Shown here piece by piece: positions 28,426-37,533 of a stretch of 64,000 nucleotides of DNA. The stretch is from an uncultured Actinomycetes bacterium. Lineage in GTDB: Bacteria > Actinomycetota > Acidimicrobiia > IMCC26256 > DASPTH01. Numbering within the stretch: position 1 is the first letter of the stretch; each line of letters starts with the position of its first letter. Under the pieces are notes generated by a model, which did not search any database, was not told the origin of the DNA, and saw only the letters and a program-made list of their open reading frames with translations. The stretch is taken from NCBI GenBank assembly GCA_963725775.1, contig CAVRZT010000002.1, forward strand, positions 89,640-153,639. Direction: 5' to 3'. The position numbers and the translations under genes were made by a program.

Positions 28426-29445
28426 ATGCCCGCCGAACTCGACCTCGACGACCTCGCGGCGCGGCGACCGCCGCCGCGCAGACCTGGGCACCGGGGTGCA
28501 GCATCTCCGATGTCCAGCCGCTCACCGGCGGCGCGTCGAGCCTCACGTTCACCGCGCTGGTCACCGGCGGACCTTCCGAGGGTGAGCGCATCGTGCTGAA
28601 GGTGGCGCCGCCCGGGCTGGAGCCGGTGCGCAACCGCGACGTCGCCCGCCAGGCCCGCCTGATGCGCGCGCTCGACGGGCGCGCCGGGCGTGCGGGTCCC
28701 GATCGTCTACTTCGAGGACGACGGCGCACCGCCCGAGGTGTCGCCGTTCCACGCCATGAACATCGTCCCCGGCGAATGCCTGGAGCCGATCCTCGCCGCA
28801 CCGCCCGCCGAAGTGATGCCGCTGGTGCCCGACCGGGCGTTCGGCCGCCGCCGCGATGCTGGCGGCGCTGCACCGGGTCGACCCCGACGCGGTCGGCCTC
28901 GGCGGCGAGAAGCGCACGTCGCTCGAGGACGAGATCAAGCGCTGGACCCGCGCGTTCGAGACCGTCGACGAGCGGATGAACGCCCGCTACCTCGAAGCCG
29001 AGGAGCTGCTGTTCGCCACCATGCCCGCGGCGTTGCCCGACGCCATCTGCCACGGTGACTACCGCCTCGGCAACATGCTGTGCGACGGCCCGACGGTCGC
29101 GCGCTGATCGACTGGGAGATCTGGTCGCTGTCCGACCCGCGCCTCGACCTCGCGTGGTTCCTGTTCTTCACCGACGAGGCCAAGCACCCGATGGCCAGCA
29201 ACCCGGGGCCGACGGGCATGCCGACGGCGGGCGCACTGCTCGACGCGTACGTCGCCGAGTCCGGCGCGGAACCCGCCGACCTCGAATGGTTCCACTGCCT
29301 CATCCGTTACAAGGAGGCGGCGGCAACGGCGCTCCTCATGAAACGGATGATCAAGGCCGGCGGCGACGCCGGGAACAGCTACGAGACGATTCCCGCGCTG
29401 ACGGTCGAGTGCATCGACCGCCTCCGCAAGTTCACGTCCGCCTGA
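28426..29445 (+). pseudogene. phosphotransferase (APH/choline-kinase-like) family protein, about 4 frame switches
   Basis: MPAELDLDDLAA.. / ..ISDVQPLTGGASSLTFTALV..RALDG / APGVRVPIVYFEDDG..DRAFG / AAAMLAALHRVDP..ICHGDYRLGNMLCDGPTV / ALIDWEIWSLSDP..RYKEAAATALL... Switches lie near 28460, 28680, 28843 and 29100. The catalytic loop HGDYRLGN and IDWE are present. Confidence 0.78.
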
Positions 29446-29523
29446 CGAGCTGCACCGGCGTCGCCAGAGGCGAAGACAAGGCGAAGAGTTCGCCGGTAGC
29501 GACGCAGGTTCGGTGGTTCGGCG

Positions 29524-30744
29524 TCAGGCGGCGACCGGCACCTTCATGATGCGGTTGAGGTTGCCGCCCATGACCTTGGCCTTGTCGTCCTCGGGGAGGC
29601 CGTCGAGCTGGTCGACGAAGCCGATCGGGTCGTACATGCCCTCGGGGTGCGGGAAGTCGGACCCGAAGAGCACGTTGTCGGCGCCGATGAGCTTCACCAG
29701 GCCGATCGGGTCCTCCTCGTGGAACGGGTGGACGTAGATGCAGCGCTTGAACGCTTCCATCGGGTCCTCGTCGAACGCCTTGGGGACGCGCGCGTAGACC
29801 TTCTGGAACTTGTCGACCAGGGGGCGCACCCAGGCGCTGCCGTTCTCGACCGGCATGATGCGCAGCTGCGGGAACCGCGTTGCCAGGCCGTGGCCGATGA
29901 TCGACGTCACGACGTCGCTGATCATGCGGTTGTCGGCGTGCAGGAGGTGATAGAAGGCGGACAACTTGGTGTTGAACGGCAGGAACTCGCCGTCGTGCCC
30001 TTCCCACTCGTTCACGTAGCGCTGGAAGCCGCTGTCGGACGCGTGCATGCCCACGACGACGTCGGCCTCGACCACCTTCTTCCAGAAGGGGTCGAACTCG
30101 GGGAGGGCAAACGAACGCCGGCGTCCGTTGAAGTCGGGGACGGGGGCGGGACGCACCAGGATCGCCTTGGCGCCGCGCTCGACGACCCACTCGAGCTCCT
30201 CGATGGCCTGGTCGACGATCGGCAGCGTGATGACGGGGGTGGCGAAGATGCGGTTGTCGAAGTTGAACGTCCACTGCTCGTGCATCCACTGGTTGAGCGC
30301 GTGGACGACGACGTGCGTGGTGACGGGATCGTCGGTGAGGCGCTCCTCGAGGAGGCTCGCCAGCGTCGGCCACATCATCGCCCGGTCGATGCCCTGCTCG
30401 TCCATCATCCTGATGCGGGCCTCGGGCTCGAAGAACGCGTCCGGCGCCTCGATGTACTTCGGCGGGGGCGCGAGCTGGAGCTCCTTGTCGGCCGCGGTCA
30501 TCGAGTCGGGGTTCTTCAGCTTGAACTCGAGCTCCTGCGCCCCGGGAGGCGCGACCTTGTTGAAGGTCGGGTTCGGGATGTAGTCGCTGATCTTGTTCTT
30601 GACCGCGATCTTGGTGCGGCCGTTGACCTCGACGTATTTGATGACGCCCTCGAACTCCTTGGGGAGGTACTTGGTGAACGCATCGGTCGCCTCGTACATG
30701 TGGTTGTCGGCGTCGAACACCAGGTAGTCGAGCTTGCGCGTCAT
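29524..30744 (-). CDS. amidohydrolase family protein (amidohydrolase-2/ACMSD-like)
   Basis: 406 aa from ATG 30744 (MTRKLDYLVFDADNHMYE..). The C-terminal motif is LFGSDFPHPEG. Confidence 0.85.
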   Translation of the reverse strand: MTRKLDYLVFDADNHMYEATDAFTKYLPKEFEGVIKYVEVNGRTKIAVKNKISDYIPNPTFNKVAPPGAQELEFKLKNPDSMTAADKELQLAPPPKYIEAPDAFFEPEARIRMMDEQGIDRAMMWPTLASLLEERLTDDPVTTHVVVHALNQWMHEQWTFNFDNRIFATPVITLPIVDQAIEELEWVVERGAKAILVRPAPVPDFNGRRRSFALPEFDPFWKKVVEADVVVGMHASDSGFQRYVNEWEGHDGEFLPFNTKLSAFYHLLHADNRMISDVVTSIIGHGLATRFPQLRIMPVENGSAWVRPLVDKFQKVYARVPKAFDEDPMEAFKRCIYVHPFHEEDPIGLVKLIGADNVLFGSDFPHPEGMYDPIGFVDQLDGLPEDDKAKVMGGNLNRIMKVPVAA

Positions 30745-30820
30745 CGCGGCCCCCTGTCGGCAGTGTCGTACTCGGTGCAACGGTAGCGCGACCCCAGGTG
30801 GGGGCGCCCCTTCACCATCT

Positions 30821-31255
30821 TCACCAACGCGGCCCCTCGAGCGCCTCGATGATGTACCGCTGCACGAATCGGTCGACCGTCGCAGTGTCGGGGGGATCCA
30901 CCCGACCGCCCGCGCCTTCGGTTCCGTTCACCGCGTAGAACACCGCGACCGACCGGTCCTGACCACGCCGGAATTCGATGGTGCACTCTCCGGGGCCGTT
31001 CTGTTGCGTGAAGGCGAGGACGAGCTGGGTGATCACCTCGGCCGCCGGGTCCGACGTCTCCGAGACGACCGCCTTGTGCCCGGCCGCGAGCAGCCGTTCC
31101 GACAGCCGAGTGAGAGTGGGGATCCCGACCTGGTACGCCCACTGCCCGAACCAGGCCATCGCCTCCTGGGTCCGGAGCTTCTCGTCCACCTCCGCGCGGA
31201 GCTTGTCCTCGTAGCGTTCCTGGGCGGCAGCGAGCGCGCGGTCGAGTTCGTCCAT
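30821..31255 (-). CDS. hypothetical protein
   Basis: 144-aa ORF with balanced composition (MDELDRALAAAQERYEDKLRAEV..). No family is recognised. Confidence 0.55.
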   Translation of the reverse strand: MDELDRALAAAQERYEDKLRAEVDEKLRTQEAMAWFGQWAYQVGIPTLTRLSERLLAAGHKAVVSETSDPAAEVITQLVLAFTQQNGPGECTIEFRRGQDRSVAVFYAVNGTEGAGGRVDPPDTATVDRFVQRYIIEALEGPRW

Positions 31256-31332
31256 CCCCCGAGTCTCGCAGACGGGAGTGCGACGGTGAGACCGCGGCGG
31301 GCGTCAGCCTTTCTTGCCGCGCTGTTGTCCGG

Positions 31333-31620
31333 TCAGGACCCGCCGTCGACGACGAACATGCGGGCGTCGCACGCGTGTTCGCGCAACACCCGCGCCTTCG
31401 AGTACTGGTCGCCGTGGTACCACGCGGATGCCATCGCGAGGTCGGGGAACTCCAGGATCACCACCCGAGCCGGCTCGGCGCCTTCGAGCGACTCGACCTC
31501 GCCACCTCGCGCGAGGTAGCGACCACCGGCGGCAGTCACCGACGCCGCGGCCGCAGTCTTGTAGCGCTCGTACTGCTCCGGGTCGGTGACGACGCCTTCG
31601 TAGATCACGTACACGGTCAC
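31333..31620 (-). CDS. DUF1330 domain-containing protein
   Basis: 95 aa from GTG 31620 (VTVYVIYEGVVTDPEQYERYK..AWYHGDQY..). The GTGA overlaps the TetR stop. Confidence 0.78.
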   Translation of the reverse strand: MTVYVIYEGVVTDPEQYERYKTAAAASVTAAGGRYLARGGEVESLEGAEPARVVILEFPDLAMASAWYHGDQYSKARVLREHACDARMFVVDGGS

Positions 31621-32186
31621 GGCTGCAGGTCGACGCGGATGCCGGTCAGGATGATGTCGAGCCCACGTTCGAAGTTCTGGCGCAACTCCCGGGCCGTCCA
31701 TTCGTCGCCGTAGCTCGTGAACCCGCCGACGAGCATGCCGGCCACGTAGAAGAACAGCGGGTTGAGCGCCTCCTCGGTCGCGTCGGGACCGAAGCCGGCG
31801 TTGGCCAGCATGCCGCGCATGCGGATCATGATCTGGCTCGGCGCGGTCGCCTCGAAGTGGTGGAGGATCCAGGCCGCGAGCTCGGCCTGGCCGGTGAACA
31901 CGTCGATCAGGCTGAGGAGCACGTCGCGCACCTGGTCGGGCCAGTCGCGCGGGTCGTCGAGGGGCGGGATCTCGACTCGATCGAACAACGACCGGGCCAC
32001 GAGGACGAGGAGCGCATCCTTGTTCTTCACGTGGTGGTACGTCGCGCCGAGCGCGACGCCGAGTCGGCTCGACAGCGCACGCATGGTGAGCCCGTCGATC
32101 CCGTGCTCCTCGATGATCTCCAGCGCGACGGCCAAGATCTCGCTCTCGCTGAGCGCGCCCGCACGCGTCTGTGGCGTTGTCGGCAT
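31617..32186 (-). CDS. TetR/AcrR family transcriptional regulator
   Basis: 189 aa from ATG 32186 (MPTTPQTRAGALSESEIL..). The HTH region is GLTMRALSSRLGVALGATYHHVKNKDAL. Confidence 0.85.
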   Translation of the reverse strand: MPTTPQTRAGALSESEILAVALEIIEEHGIDGLTMRALSSRLGVALGATYHHVKNKDALLVLVARSLFDRVEIPPLDDPRDWPDQVRDVLLSLIDVFTGQAELAAWILHHFEATAPSQIMIRMRGMLANAGFGPDATEEALNPLFFYVAGMLVGGFTSYGDEWTARELRQNFERGLDIILTGIRVDLQP

Positions 32187-32206
32187 GGCGGCAGTGTAGG
32201 GATCGC

Positions 32207-32455
32207 TCAGGACACGACGACGCGGACCTGCCCCAAGTTGGGGATGCGGCGCGAGGTGGCCGACGCGTCTCCGTCGCGGTGCGAGTGCACCAGCGCGGTC
32301 ACGAAGTAGGTTCCCGGCGCGTCGTAGGACTGCGTCGTAGACAGCTTCACCTCCCGCGCCGATCCGTCGACGTCGTTGTGCGCGTACCCGAAGGTCCCGG
32401 AGCCGTCGAAGTCCCACTGCACCGCGATGATCGTGCCGGCAGACCGCGTGCACGT
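32207..32455 (-). pseudogene. 5'-truncated remnant of a PKD-domain-containing protein
   Basis: ..AGTIIAVQWDFDGSGTFGYAHNDVDGSAREVKLSTTQSYDAPGTYFVTALVHSHRDGD..NLGQVRVVVS. An in-frame TGA lies directly upstream at 32456-32458. There is no N-terminal part and no signal peptide. Confidence 0.55.
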
Positions 32456-32457
32456 TC

Positions 32458-32658
32458 ATGGACGATCCCGTGGCGATCCACAACCGGGAGTTCACCGGGG
32501 TCGCCTCCCTGATGTGGGGGAACGACTGGCCGCACACGGAGGGTGTCCACCCGCGTTCGGTCGAGTCGGTGGCGAAGCAGTTCGACGGCGTCCCCGAGCA
32601 CGAGCTGCGGGCGATCGTCCACGACAACGCCGCCGCGGTGTTCGGCATCACCGTCTGA
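32458..32658 (+). pseudogene. 5'-truncated remnant (last ~66 codons) of an amidohydrolase-2 family gene
   Basis: MDDPVAIHNREFTGVASLMWGNDWPHTEGVHPRSVESVAKQFDGVPEHELRAIVHDNAAAVFGI aligns to the C-termini of 29524-30744 and 58581-59750. A stop lies at 32428-32430 just upstream. Confidence 0.6.
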
Positions 32659-32676
32659 CGACACGGAGTCCGGCTG

Positions 32677-32706
32677 TTGACGCCGTGGAATTGAGAAGGG
32701 TATTTT
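32677..32706 (+). promoter_or_regulatory. candidate sigma-70-type promoter giving a leaderless mRNA for the thiolase-like gene
   Basis: TTGACG (32677-32682), an 18-nt spacer, then TATTTT (32701-32706) in a locally AT-rich patch. ATG 32714 begins 7 nt after the -10 element and there is no SD. Confidence 0.4.
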
Positions 32707-32713
32707 CAGTTTC

Positions 32714-33946
32714 ATGAGCATCAAGAATCAGGCCGCGGTGGTGGGGGTCGGCGCGACGCCGTACTACAAGCGGGGGCAGTCGTACCCCGAGACCGAGATG
32801 TCGATGGCGTGCACCGCGATCCTGCGGGCGCTCGACGACGCCGGCCTGACCGTCAACGACCTCGACGGGTTCGCCATCTACTCCTTCGCCTGCGATCCCG
32901 CCGAGGTGGCGTCGGTGCTCGGCGTGCCCGAGGTGCGCTTCGCGGCCAGCCTCACGTCGGGGGGCGGCGGGTGCGCGGGGGCACTCGGGCTCGGGGCCGC
33001 AGCCATTCACGGTGGGATGGCCAACGTGTGCGTCAGCCTCATGACGCTGCAGCAACTGCACCGGCGGCTCGGCGGCTCCGAGGTCGACGGCGTGCTCGCG
33101 TACGCGACCATGTCGGAGGGTGGCAGCACCTACGGCGGTGGAGGTGGCCTGTCGCCCAGCGTGGCGTTCACCGCCAACGCCGGACTGCTGTCGCCCGGCC
33201 ACAGCTTCTCGGTGCTGACGCAGCGGCACATGCATCTCTACGGCACCAAGCGCGAGCACTTCGCCGAGGTCGCCATGTCGCAGCGCGAGAACGCGATCCG
33301 CCGGCCGGCGACCGCGCTGCAGACGAAGCCGCTGTCGCTCGACGAGTACTTCGCGGCCCGGATGATCTCCGATCCGCTGTGCCTGTTCGACTACACGCAG
33401 GAGACCGACGGCGCGGTGGCGGTGATCACGGTGTCGGCCGATCGGGCCAAGGACCTCAAGCAGCCGCCGGCGTACATCCTGTCGTCGGCGCACGGCGGGA
33501 CCGGCCGGTGGGGGCCCGCGATCTTCCGCTACTTCCAGGCGCCCGACGAGGAGTTCGCGTCGTCGGGGCACCGCCCGGTCGCGAAGCGCCTCTTCGAGAT
33601 GGCGGGCATCACGCCGGCCGACGTCGACGTCGCGCTGCTGTACGACCACTTCTCACCGCTCGTGATCATGCAGCTCGAGGACTACGGCTTCTGCCCGATC
33701 GGCGAGGGCGGGCCGTTCGTCGCCGAGGGCAACATCCGGTACGGCACCGGCACGATCCCGGTGAACACGCACGGCGGGAACCTGTCGGAGGCGTACATCA
33801 TCGGCATGACGCACGTCCGCGAAGCGGTCGAACAGATACGGGGCACCGCGGTCAACCAGGTCGATGGGGCCGAGGTGGCGCTGGTCACCGGTGGTCCTGC
33901 CGCACTGCCGGTCAGCGGCACCCTGCTCGCGAGGAGCCTGTCATGA
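32714..33946 (+). CDS. thiolase-like lipid-transfer protein (SCP-x-type, Ltp family)
   Basis: 410 aa (MSIKNQAAVVGVGATPYYKRG..NTHGGNLSEAYIIGMTH..). It is followed by its usual DUF35 OB-fold partner with an ATGA overlap. Confidence 0.85.
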   Translation: MSIKNQAAVVGVGATPYYKRGQSYPETEMSMACTAILRALDDAGLTVNDLDGFAIYSFACDPAEVASVLGVPEVRFAASLTSGGGGCAGALGLGAAAIHGGMANVCVSLMTLQQLHRRLGGSEVDGVLAYATMSEGGSTYGGGGGLSPSVAFTANAGLLSPGHSFSVLTQRHMHLYGTKREHFAEVAMSQRENAIRRPATALQTKPLSLDEYFAARMISDPLCLFDYTQETDGAVAVITVSADRAKDLKQPPAYILSSAHGGTGRWGPAIFRYFQAPDEEFASSGHRPVAKRLFEMAGITPADVDVALLYDHFSPLVIMQLEDYGFCPIGEGGPFVAEGNIRYGTGTIPVNTHGGNLSEAYIIGMTHVREAVEQIRGTAVNQVDGAEVALVTGGPAALPVSGTLLARSLS

Positions 33947-34393
33947 GCACGAGTCGAGCCGCGGCGTGTTCCCGTCGATCCTGACCGCACAGCAACGCCG
34001 ACGACTCCACCCGGCCGTTCTGGGATGCCGCCAGGGAGGACCGCCTCGTCGCGCCGCGCTGCACGAACTGCGGCACGTTCCGGCTCCCGCCGCCACCGTT
34101 CTGCTTCGTGTGCCAACACCGCGAGGTCGAGTGGGTCGAGCTGCCGGGCACCGGCACCGTGTACGCGTTCACCGTGGTGCGCCACCCGCTGGCGCGGATG
34201 CTGCACGACGTCGTGCCGTACGCCGTCCGGCATCGTCGAGCTCGACGGCACTCAGGGCGCGGGGAGCCGGATGATCGTGAACATCATCGACTGCGACGTC
34301 GACACCTTGCGGATCGGTGACCGGGTCGAGATCGTGTGGGAGCACGTGAGCGACGACATGTCGGTGCCGCGCTTCCGGCCGATCGCAGGCTGA
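33943..34393 (+). pseudogene. DUF35 Zn-ribbon/OB-fold protein (thiolase partner), with an in-frame TGA and one frame switch
   Basis: MSTSRAAACSRRS-TGA(33982-33984)-PHSNADDSTRPFWDAAREDRLVAPRCTNCGTFRLPPPPFCFVCQHREVEWVELPGTGTVYAFTVVRHP..VPYAV|GIVELDGTQGAGSRMIVNI..RFRPIAG. The frame switch is near 34227. Confidence 0.75.
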
Positions 34394-34398
34394 CGGCG

Positions 34399-34788
34399 AT
34401 GGCCCGCGCCGACGACCTCGAAGCGATCAACACGCTGCTGGCGAACTACTGCATCACGATGGACCGGCGCGACGCCGACGGCTGGGCGAATCTGTTCACG
34501 CCCGACGGGCAGTTCTTCGCCTTCGGCCGGAGCTTCGACGGGCACGAGGACCTGCGGAAGCTGGCGGCGACGTCGCCCGGAGGGATCCACCTCGCGAGCC
34601 AGCCGGTGCTGGAGCTCGACGGTGACGAGGCGACCGCGCAGCAGACCTTCGTGTTCGTCGACCAGAAGACCCACGACCTGCGCATCGGGTTCTACGACGA
34701 CGTGGTGGTGCGCACCAATGCCGGGTGGCGTTTCCGGACGCGCCGGTGCACGTTCCAGTCGGCCGACGGGCCGTCCGACCGACCCTGA
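34399..34788 (+). CDS. SnoaL-like / NTF2 family protein
   Basis: 129 aa from ATG 34399 (MARADDLEAINTLLANYCITMDRRDADGWANLFTPDG..). Confidence 0.78.
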   Translation: MARADDLEAINTLLANYCITMDRRDADGWANLFTPDGQFFAFGRSFDGHEDLRKLAATSPGGIHLASQPVLELDGDEATAQQTFVFVDQKTHDLRIGFYDDVVVRTNAGWRFRTRRCTFQSADGPSDRP

Positions 34789-34807
34789 TCGCGGCCCCCG
34801 CGGCGCG

Positions 34808-35590
34808 TCAGAGCGGCGTGACGTAGGCGCCGGAGATCCCGCCGTCGACCAGGAAGGTCGACGCGGTGATGAACGACGAGTCGTCGCTGGCGAGGAAGGC
34901 GACCGCGGCGGCGATCTCCTCCGGCTCGGCGAACCGGCCCATCGGAACGTGCACCAGCCGCCGTTGCGCGCGCTCGGGATCGGCGGCGAACAGCTCGGCG
35001 AGCAACGGTGTGTTCACCGGGCCGGGGCAGAGCGCGTTCACCCGGATGCCCTCACGTGCGAACTGCACGCCGAGCTCCCGCGTCATCGCGAGCACGCCGC
35101 CCTTCGACGCGGTGTACGAGATCTGCGACGTCGCCGAGCCCATCGTCGCCACGAACGATGCGGTGTTGATGATCGAGCCCCTGCCCTGGCGCTGCATGAT
35201 CGGCAGCACCGCCTGGCAGCACAGGTACACCGACGTGAGGTTGACGTCCTGGACGCGGCGCCAGGCGTCGAGCCCGGTGGTGAGGATCGAGTCGTCGTCG
35301 GGCGGTGAGATGCCCGCGTTGTGGAACGACACGTCGACCCGGCCGAATCGCTCGACGGTCGTGGTGAAGAGGTGGTCGACCTGCTCGGCGTCGCTCACGT
35401 CGACGGCCACGAACTCGCCGTCGACCTCGGCGGCGGCGACGATGCCGGTGGCGGGATCCCGATCGGCGATCACGATCAGCGCGCCCTCGGCGGCCAGGCG
35501 GTGGGCGGAGGCCAGCCCGATGCCGCTCCCACCACCCGTGATCACGGCGACGCGACCGGCGAGCCGCGGCTCAGAGGCGTTCGAAACCAC
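34808..35590 (-). CDS. SDR family oxidoreductase
   Basis: 260 aa. Motifs are TGGGSGIG, HNAG, YTASKGG and LVDGG. It overlaps the end of the upstream GS-like gene by 20 nt. Confidence 0.87.
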   Translation of the reverse strand: MVSNASEPRLAGRVAVITGGGSGIGLASAHRLAAEGALIVIADRDPATGIVAAAEVDGEFVAVDVSDAEQVDHLFTTTVERFGRVDVSFHNAGISPPDDDSILTTGLDAWRRVQDVNLTSVYLCCQAVLPIMQRQGRGSIINTASFVATMGSATSQISYTASKGGVLAMTRELGVQFAREGIRVNALCPGPVNTPLLAELFAADPERAQRRLVHVPMGRFAEPEEIAAAVAFLASDDSSFITASTFLVDGGISGAYVTPL

Positions 35591-36936
35591 GGAAGCGCTC
35601 CCAGTCGGTGACGGCGGACTCGAACGCGGCGAGCTCGACGCGCGCGGCGTGGACGTAGTGGTCGACGACGTCGTCGCCGAACGCGGCGCGTGCGACTGCG
35701 CTCTCGGCGAACAGCTCGGCGGCGTTGGTGAGCGTCGACGGTACGCGCGGCGCGTCGCCCGCGTACGCGTTGCCGGTGACGGGCGGTTCGAGCGGGAGCT
35801 CGGCGTCGATGCCGTGCAACCCGGCGGCGATGAGCGCGGCGACCGCGAGGTACGGGTTCACGTCGCCGCCCGGCACGCGCGTCTCGAGGTGCACCGACGG
35901 GCCGTGCCCCACGACGCGCAGCGCGCAGGTGCGGTTGTCGAGCCCCCAGGCCACCGCGGTGGGGGCGAAGCTCCCCGGCACGAACCGCTTGTACGAGTTC
36001 ACGTTGGGCGCGAAGCACAGCGTCAGCTCGCGCAGGCACGCCAGCTGACCGGCGAGGAAGTGCTCCATCATCGGCGTGCAGCCGTAGGCACCGGTGCCGG
36101 CGAACGCGGGCTCGCCCGCGGCGGTCCGGAGGCTGACGTGGACGTGGCACGAGTTGCCTTCGCGCTCGTCGACCTTCGCCATGAACGTGAGACTGCAGCC
36201 CTCCTGGTGGGCGATCTCCTTGGCGCCGGTCTTGTAGACGGTGTGGTGGTCGCACGTGGTGAGCGCGTCGGCGTACCGGAAGGTGATCTCGTGTTGACCG
36301 AGGTTGCACTCGCCCTTGGCCGATTCGACCCGCATCCCGGCCGTGGTCATGTCGTTGCGGATGCGGCGCAGCAGCGGCTCGACGCCGCGCAGTGCCCACG
36401 AGCGAGTAGTCGACGTTGTACAAGTTGGCCGGCGTGAGGTCGCGGTAGCCGCGGGTCCAAGCCTCCTCGTAGGTGTCGCGGTACACGACGAACTCGAGCT
36501 CGGTGCCGACGTCGGCGACGAGGCCGCGCTCGGCGAGTCGCTCGATCTGGCGGCGCAGGACCTGGCGGGGCGACGGCGCGACGGAGGTGCCGTCGGCGAG
36601 CAGCACGTCGCAGAGGACGAGGGCGGTGGCTTCGTGCCAGGGCACCAGACGCAGGGTGGCGAGGTCGGGGCAGAGGGTGAAGTCGCCGTAGCCGCGCTCC
36701 CACGAGGTGAGCTCGTAGCCCGCGACGGTCTCCATCTCGACGTCGACGCCGAGGAGGTAGTTGCACGCCTCGGCGCCGTGGCTGGCCACGTCCTGCAGGA
36801 AGTGCTCGGCGCTGCACCGCTTGCCCTGGAGGCGGCCCTGCATGTCGGTCATCGCCACCAGGACGGTGTCGACGGTGCCGTCGCGTACCAGCCCACCGAG
36901 GTCGGCGAGGGACAGCGGCGGATCCGGTCGGCTCAC
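35571..36936 (-). pseudogene. glutamine synthetase family protein (GlnA3/GlnA4-like gamma-glutamyl ligase), one frame switch
   Basis: The N-terminal frame ends at ..ANLYNVDYSLVGTA. It joins ..VEPLLRRIRNDMTTAGMRVESAKGECNLGQHEITF.. after a switch near 36385. The observed GCGCGGCGTC would be repaired by GCGCGCGTC. Confidence 0.82.
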
Positions 36937-37008
36937 CGAACGATGCTACCGAACCCACCGCGGAGCGATTCCCGGAACTCGACGCGCGGCGACGTCGTTG
37001 TCTCCCCG

Positions 37009-37479
37009 ATGCGGTACTTCTGCGCGATCCACGAGTGGGACCTGGACTCCCAGGCCTGCATCCACTGCACCGACGCGGCCCGGGCCCGCGAGGCGACGCT
37101 GCGACGCGCCATCGTGGCCTCGGTCTCGGGTGACGTCAGCGACATCGAGGAGCTCTACACGCCCGGCGTCGTCGGCAGCAGCCCGGCGACGGCCGCCCGC
37201 TGCCGCGAGGAGCTGGCGATCGAGATCGAGGAGCGGCGCGGCGCGCTCTCGCAGGAAGCGGTCACGTTCGGACCGGTGGAGAGCCGCGGTGGCGTCGTGC
37301 GCCTCGAGTGGGAGGCTTCCGCGCTCCACACCGGCCCGCTGGTGCTCGAAGCGAGCGGCGCGACGCTCGAGCCGACCGGCCTCCGGCTGCGGGTCCGCGC
37401 CGTGACGGTGGCGAGGTTCGACGGCGAGCGGATCGCGTCGTGGCGCAGCCACTGGGAAGACGTCGCGCTCGCTTCATAG
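37009..37479 (+). CDS. SnoaL/ester-cyclase-like NTF2 family protein with a Cys/His-rich N-terminus
   Basis: 156 aa from ATG 37009 (MRYFCAIHEWDLDSQACIHCTD..). The C-terminal part resembles ester cyclase-like proteins (..ARFDGERIASWRSHWEDV). Confidence 0.6.
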   Translation: MRYFCAIHEWDLDSQACIHCTDAARAREATLRRAIVASVSGDVSDIEELYTPGVVGSSPATAARCREELAIEIEERRGALSQEAVTFGPVESRGGVVRLEWEASALHTGPLVLEASGATLEPTGLRLRVRAVTVARFDGERIASWRSHWEDVALAS

Positions 37480-37533
37480 CCGGTGTCGCGGCGAGGATGC
37501 CGTGAGCAGCACACCCGCCGAAGGGAGCAGCCG

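Noticed and set aside
33982-33984. The in-frame TGA in the DUF35 gene read as selenocysteine or programmed read-through.
   Set aside because: DUF35 proteins are not known selenoproteins. The position is in a non-conserved N-terminal tail. I see no obvious SECIS-like hairpin directly downstream. The window is full of other lesions, so mutation or error is the economical explanation.
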